Positions 54,860 through 64,000 of a DNA stretch of 64,000 nt are shown in pieces; position 1 is the first letter of the stretch; each line of letters begins with the position of its first letter. The stretch lies in NCBI RefSeq assembly GCF_009914755.1, contig NC_060936.1; one strand, given 5' to 3'. A program made the position numbers and the translations under genes. The DNA comes from the human T2T-CHM13v2.0 reference genome, Homo sapiens. The notes beneath the pieces were generated by a model. The model was not told the origin of the DNA. It made no database searches and saw only the letters and a list, made by a program, of their open reading frames with translations.

Positions 54860-57710
54860 GAGGTTTTTTAAAATGTTTTAAAAACTTATTCCTATGGAGT
54901 AAAATCTACATTATTGTTATACAATACTATGAGTATTTATACTAATACAGTTTCTTGTAACCATCACCACAGAAAGGATACAAAACAATTTCAACGCTGT
55001 CAAATAATTCCATCATAATGTCACCTGTCTATTCTGACTCTGGTACCCCTTATTTTTTTCTTTGTTCCTATGTTTTAGTCTTCTCTCCAATTTTATATAA
55101 ATAGATGATACAGTATTGTAACCTTTGAGACTGGGTTATTTCATTTAGGAAAATACATTTTAGATTCTTCCAAGTTGTTGCATTTATTAAGAATTTGCCT
55201 TTTTATGTTGCTGTATAGAATTTCATCGTGCAGCTGTACTAACAAGTTTACGTATCCATTCATGCATTAAAGGACATATGGGTTATATCTAGTTTGCAGC
55301 AATTATAAATAGGGCTGTTATACACATTCAAATACAGGTGTTTGTGTAAAAAAATATTTTATTTCTCTAGGATAAATACTTAGAGTGGGTTTTCTGGGTT
55401 GTATATTAAGTGTATGTTTAAGGTTATGAGAAACCACCAAAGAGTTTTCCCGTGTGACTGTGCTATTTTACATAGCCACCAGCAGTATTTAAGGGTTCAT
55501 ACTTCTTCCCATTCTTTCTAGAACTTGGTCGTGTCATTACTCTTTATTAAACCATTCTACTCGGTGTGTAATAGTATCTCATTGTGCATGTGATTTGCAT
55601 TTCTGTAATAACTAGTGATATTGAGCATCTTTTCACAAGCTTATTTGCCATCCATATACCTTTTTTGATGAGGTATCTGTTAAAATCTTCAGCCCATTTT
55701 TTTAAATTGGACTGTTTCTTTTTTATTGTTCAGTTTTGTAAGTTCTTTATATATTCTATATACAAGTCCTTTATCTGATATGCAGTTTGCAATTTCTTTT
55801 TCTAGTTTCTGACTGATCTTTTTATTTTATTAAAAGTGTCCATAACAGAGAAAAAAATACTTTTCATTTTGATGAATTCTAATTTATCATTTTTTTCTTT
55901 TACGGATTATGATTTTGGTATTGTATATAAAAATGCTTTCCTAACTCAGCATCACAAAGATTTTCTCTTTTGTTTTCATCTAAGAGTTTTATAGTTTTAT
56001 GTTTTATATTCAGTTTTATTGTTTTACATTTATATCATTTTAAATTTAAATTTGAGTTAATTTTTTAATATAGTGCAAGGTGTAGGTTGATAAATAATTT
56101 TTTAAGTGGATGCCAGTTGTTCCAGCATCATTTGTTGAAAAAGCTGCCCTTTCTCTATTGAATTGCCATTGCAACTTTGTCAAAAATCAGATGATAATAT
56201 TGGAGTGGGTCTGTTTCTAGAATATCTTTCTATTTCATTGATCTACGTTTTTTTTATGATGATCATGGAAAATATTTAATAGATTTTTTTATGTAGATCA
56301 ATATAATTGATCTACATTATATTTTTATGAATATACTGCCTTGACACTGTAGCTATGTAGTGTATCTTAGAGTTGAATATTGTGAGTCCTCCACATCTGC
56401 TCTTCTTTCTTAGTCTTGTTGTAGCTATACTAGTTCCTTTAGGTATTCCACATACATATTAGCATAAAATTTTCTATAGGTACAATGAACCCATGCATAA
56501 ATTTTGATTCAGATTGTGTTAAATCCATATATTGATTGGAGAAAAATTGCTATTTCAAACTTACTGAGTTCAATCCATGAGTTTTGTATATTTCTTTCTT
56601 TAGGATTTCTTTGGTATGTTTCTTAAATACTTTGTACTTTCTAGCATACAGATTCTGAACAAGTTTTGTTAAGTTTATATTTAAGTATTTAATTTTTTAG
56701 CTATTATACATTTTTTAAAAACTTTGGTTTGAAATTTTTCATTGCTAGTGGATAGAAATACTACTGATCTTTTTGCAGACTGATATGTAACCTATGATCT
56801 TGTTTAACTTGCTTGCTAGCTCTAGCGGTATTTTTGGTAGACTTGTTGAGACTTTCTGTGTAAACAATTATGTTACATGTGAATAAAAACAGTTTTATTA
56901 CCTCCTTTCCAATCTGAATGCTTTTTTTGGTCTTTTTCTTGCCTTTTGGAACTGGCTAGAACTTGGGATAGGATGTTGAACAAGACTGGTAAGAGCAGAC
57001 ACCCTTGTCTTGATCCTGATCTTAGGGTAAAGGCAAGAATGGTGCTAACTGTAGGTATTTCTGTAAACACACACTTTATCAAACTGAATAATTGTTTTTG
57101 TATTTCTAATTTGCTGAAGTGTTATTTTTAATTATGAATGAATGTTGAATTTTATCAAATGCTTTTTCTGCCTCTATTAATAGGAATATGTGATTTTTCT
57201 TTTTAACAATGTTACGTGAATTACATTAAATAATTTTCAGCTTTTGAACCAGTCGTGCATTCCTGGGACAAACTTTAAGTGATTGCAATGAATTACTGTT
57301 TTTATACATTGATTCGTATAATTAATAATTATTGTTATTATTATTAATCAATAGTAATTTTCCTTATTCTGAAATCTACTGTTTGTAGTAATCATATAGC
57401 CATTCTTTTCTTTGAATCATGTTTGAATCATAGATCTTTTTTCATTTTTTCATTTTTAATCTATCTGTATTATGTTTCATGTGGGTTTCTTGTAGACAGC
57501 ACCTACTTAGTTCATATGGACAGCATCTATTTGTTTTTATGTTTATCCAATCTGGCAATCTCCATCATTTAGTGTTTTCAGATAATTTACATTTAATTAT
57601 TGATATAGTTATATATCTGCCTACCAGTTTATTATTATTCTTTTTGATTCTTCTCTTTTTCATTCTCTTATTTCATTCTCCCCCTTCTCTCTTTTAACTT
57701 ATTTTGGTTC
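54860..57710 (-). mobile_element. Old L1M (L1MB/MC-like) 3' region and ORF2
   Basis: Antisense L1 hallmarks (ttgagcatcttttcac, cagcatcatttgttgaaaa, caaatgctttttctgcctctatt). Confidence 0.85.
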
Positions 57711-58389
57711 TTTTTTTGTAGCTTTTATTAATTTGTGAGAACGTCTATGATTCCATTCATACCAAGAGTTTTTGCACATTCTTCTTGGGCCATGGTTATT
57801 GCTTGGTTTTTAATATTCATCTTTGACAGTTTTTTTTATAAGAGTGTCATTTCCACCTTACCCTAGGTCTTATTATGACCCAATGAAAGCTAATGGCAAT
57901 TTTTCCTACATGAGTAGCCAGATTCTCCATAAATGAAAGTTTAAAAAATGATTTTTCTCTACTTAAAAGGGAGGGAGGCAGCCGTCCTTCCTGAAGGCTC
58001 TTCTTAAAAACATAATGTCTTTAATCAAAACTCTAATTCTTTAATATATAAGTAAAATAGCCCCAGGAGCCAGACCGCCCTGTGCATCTCCAGTTTTACA
58101 ACATAGAAATGTTTCTAACTCCTGGGAATTAATCTCTTTTTAGCAGGTAAATACCCAAGAAGATAGTGAGCCAATCTCCCCAGCTTCTTGGGAGTTTATA
58201 CTAGGGATCTAGTCTGGACTATACACATTTGGCCTTGACAGATAAATTAAAGTTTTATTATCCTTTAAGATCTGAGCAATTCATTAGGCAAATCACTATA
58301 GGTCTAATTTTTCAGATGTTTCAAGAGTCTCAGGAGGCTAGGGCTTTTATAGGAGCACTGGTAAATTTAGAGGTTTATTTCTCCATAGT

Positions 58390-61300
58390 TATAATATTTA
58401 AGTTAAATTTTCTGATAATTCTGATATTTAGGTAATGTTGGGTTTGGTATCTAGGGATTGTCTTTTTTTCTTAAAAGATGTTTAGATTTTCCTGATAAAT
58501 GTCTATTTTAAATCTTATCCCGAGTATTTTGAATATTACATCATGAGGTTCTGGATCCTATTTAAATCTTCTGCATTTCTGTTCTTGTGGCTATTTATTT
58601 TAGGAAGTGGTCAGCCCAGTTAGGATCAGACTACATAGCTTTACCCACTTTCTGTGGACTGTGGTTTCAATGTTAATTTGATTTTCAAAGCTTTTGTCTA
58701 TTTGGATATTCTACATATATACGATCAGGTTGTTTGCAAACAAATACAGTTTTATATCTTCTTTCTCAGTCTGTATACCTTTTATATTCCTTTCTTGTCT
58801 TATTGCACTACCTAGTTCAGTGTTGTCTTTCTTGCCTTGTTGCACTAGCCAGTATGATGTTGAAAATATAGTTGAGGGTGGACATCCTTGCCTTGTTCCA
58901 GATCTTAGTGGGAAAGTTTTGAATTTCTCACCATTGAGTATGATGTAAGCTCTAGGTTTGTTTGTAGATGGTTCATCACGAAATTGTGGAAGTTCCCCTC
59001 TATTCGTAGTATACTTAATATTTTTATCATGAATGGGTATTGGATTTTGTCAAATGTTTTACTTTTTCTGCATGTACTGATATGATCATGTAATTTTTCT
59101 TCTTCAGCCTATTGATGCGATGGATTACTTTGATTATTGAATTTCGAACCAGCTTTGTATACCTGGGGTAAATTCCACCTGGTCATGGTACATAACTCTT
59201 TCCACACATTGGCATCTATGCTCATGACGGCCTCTGTCAATAGTTTTTTTTAATTGTCTTATTTTAGTATTAATACAATGGGAATATTTTCTAACTTATT
59301 CTATGGGGCCAGCATTGTTCCAGTTCCATAGATTGAGTTAGAAAATATTCCCATGACTTCTGTCATTGGAAGGACAGATTGTAGATAATTGGTCTAATTT
59401 ATTCCTTAAATGGTAGAATTAACTGATGAATTGGTAGAATTCACCAACGAACCTATCTTCACCTGGTACTTTCAGTTTTGGAAGTTTATTAATTGTTGAT
59501 CTAATTTTTAATAAATATAGGCCTATTCAGATTGTCAATTTCTTCCTGTGTAACTTTTGTCAGATTGTGTCTTTCAAGAAATTAGTTTATTTTGTCTAGG
59601 TAATCAAATTGGTGGGCATAGACTTATTCATAATATTCCTTATTATCTTTTTAATGTCCATGATCTGTAGTAATATGTCCTCTTTCATTTCTGGTTTTAG
59701 TAATTTGTCTCTTCCTTTTTTTTTCCTTAGCCTGGCTAGAGGTTTATTGATTTTATTGATATTTTAAAGGAATAGCTTTTGGTTTTATGGTATTTTCTAT
59801 TGATTTATTTTTGATTTAATTTATTTCTCCTCTAATTTTTATAATTTATTTTATTCTGCTTACTTTGAATTTAATTTGGTCTTCCATTTTCTAGTTTCCT
59901 AAGGTGAAAGTTTACATAATTGATTTTAGATCTCTCTTCTTTTCTAATATGTGAATTCAGTGCTATAAATTTTCCTGTGAGCATGCTGTTGCTGCATCCC
60001 ATAAATATTGATGTTATATTATAATTTTCATTTAGTTAAAATATGTTTAAATTTTTCTTGAAATATCTTCTTTGACTCATGTGTTATTTAGAAGTGTGTT
60101 GTTTAATCTCCAATAATTTGTGATTTTACACCTATCTTTCTGTTATTGATTGCTAGTTTAATTCCATTATTACCTCAGAACAGATGTTGTATGATTTATA
60201 TTCTTTTTAAAATTTTAAGGTGTGTTTTATGGCCCAAAATGTAGTCTGTCTTGGTGACTGTTCCATTTAAGTTTGAAAAAAATGTGTAATCTTCATTCAA
60301 CAATTTCATTCAGAGACAAGGAAAAAACATAAATCAGATATTTAGTTCAACAAAAATAAAGGAAGAACATCAGAAATGAATAAATGAAGGTGTATTAGTC
60401 TGTTCTCACACTGCTAGTAAAGACATACCTGAGACTGGGTAATTTATAAAGGAAAGAGGTTTAATTGACTCATAATCCCATATGGCTGGGGAGGCCTCAC
60501 AATCATGGCAGAAGGAGAATGAAGAGCAAAGTCATGTCTTACATGGCGGCAGGCAAGAGGGAGTGTGCAGGGGAACTCTCTTTATAAAACCATCAGATCT
60601 TGTGATACTTATTCACTATCATGAGAACAACACAGAAAAGATTCACCCCCATGATTCAGTTACCTCCCACCAGGTCCCTCCCATGACACATCGGAATTAT
60701 GGAAGCCACAATTCAAGATGAGATTTGGATGGGTACACAGCCAAACCGTATCAGAAAGTAAAATAAAACATTTTAATTTTCTTGTTCTCAATTTATCTCA
60801 AAAATAACAGTTTGTTCATACTAATAACAGCAACAATATGTGTGCATATATGCACATACATATATATATGCTTATGTATAAGCAAAATAAATGACAGCAG
60901 TGATACAAGGGCTAGAAGGGAGGAATTAGGAATTTTTGTTATTATAAGGTACTTGCTTTGTCTATGAAGTGTTATTTGAGTGTGGACTTTTTTTTCTTAT
61001 TCTTAATTATTAGTTGTTGAATGAAGTGGCCTATTGATGTCAATTTTATTCAGTTGATTGATGGTACTGTTGAACTGAACTATGTCCTTACTGATTGTGT
61101 GCCCAGTGGATCTGTAAATTTCCAACACAGGAGTGTTAAAGTCTTGAACTATAATAGTTGATTCATCTGTTTCTCCTCCCAATTCTATCAGTTTTGCCTG
61201 ACATACTTTGATGCCCTAAGGATCATCATGCCTTCTCGGGTTATTGACCTCTTTATCATTATGTAATGCTCCTCTTTATTCTTGATACATTTTCTTGCTC

Positions 61301-61800
61301 TGAAGTCTTCTGTGCTTGAAATTAACATAACTACTCCTACTTATAAAAATTAGCATGGTATAACTTTCTCCATCCCTTTACTTTTAATCTATATGTATTG
61401 TTATATTTAAAATCGGTTTCTTTCAGAAAACATATAATTGAGTCTTGTTTTTGATCTACTCTCTGACATTCTGCCTTTTAATTGGTATATTTAGATCATT
61501 GATATTAAGTGATCATTAATATAACTGAATTAACATTTACCAGATTTGTTACAGTTTTCTATTTGTTGCCCTTACTCTTTGTTTCTATTTCTGTCTTTCT
61601 TTCTCTGCATTTTGTGGTTATAATTGGACATTTTATATTATTTCATTTTGCTCTCCTTTCTTAACATATTAAATATACTTCTTTTAACTTGTTGTGGTGG
61701 TTGCCCTAATGTTTGCAATATATGTTTACAACTAACCAAATCCAGACTCAAATAATACATATTACTTCATGGGCAGAGCAAATACCTTATGATAGCAAAA
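58390..61800 (-). mobile_element. Old L1M (L1MC/MD-like) fragments, including a locally sense-oriented piece at ~60295-60990
   Basis: Antisense ORF2 remnants (ggacatccttgccttgttccagatcttag, tcagtgctataaattttcc). Confidence 0.75.
60391..60753 (-). mobile_element. THE1 (MaLR) solo LTR
   Basis: tgtattagtctgttctcac ... cacagccaaaccgtatca, with TSD gaagg/gaaag. Confidence 0.93.
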
Positions 61801-61802
61801 TA

Positions 61803-64000
<2,198 letters not shown>

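Overview
This is AT-rich, repeat-dense primate genomic DNA, most likely hominoid given the AluY-type and L1PA2/3-type elements. It lies inside the ACSS3 gene (acyl-CoA synthetase short-chain family member 3), transcribed on the + strand. Five internal coding exons (104, 96, 64, 82 and 123 nt) have canonical GT-AG boundaries and splice in frame into (R)FKTLFVAGERCDVETLEWSKNVFRVPVLDHWWQT-ETGSPITASCVGLGNSKTPPPGQAGKSVPGYN-VMILDDNMQKLKARCLGNIVV-KLPLPPGAFSGLWKNQEAFKHLYFEKFP-GYYDTMDAGYMDEEGYLYVMSRVDDVINVAGHRISAGAIEE. The rest is intron filled with L1, Alu, MaLR/ERVL/ERV1 LTRs, L2, MIR, DNA-transposon fossils and simple repeats. Almost all ORFs in the supplied track are repeat-derived noise. I find no evidence for a new multi-gene system. 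The most unusual items are structural: (1) a solo ERV1-class LTR carrying an inverted copy of its own terminal ~118 bp, giving a ~258-nt fold-back hairpin; (2) a ~235-bp L1 insertion combining a twin-priming inversion with an apparent 3' transduction; (3) an AluS/AluY chimera without a TSD, suggesting a recombination-deletion scar; (4) an Alu tail expanded into a ~470-bp compound purine/pyrimidine repeat; (5) a MER41 LTR retaining one GAS site; and (6) inverted Alus flanking a symmetric in-frame exon. Repeat subfamily names come from visual recognition and are tentative.
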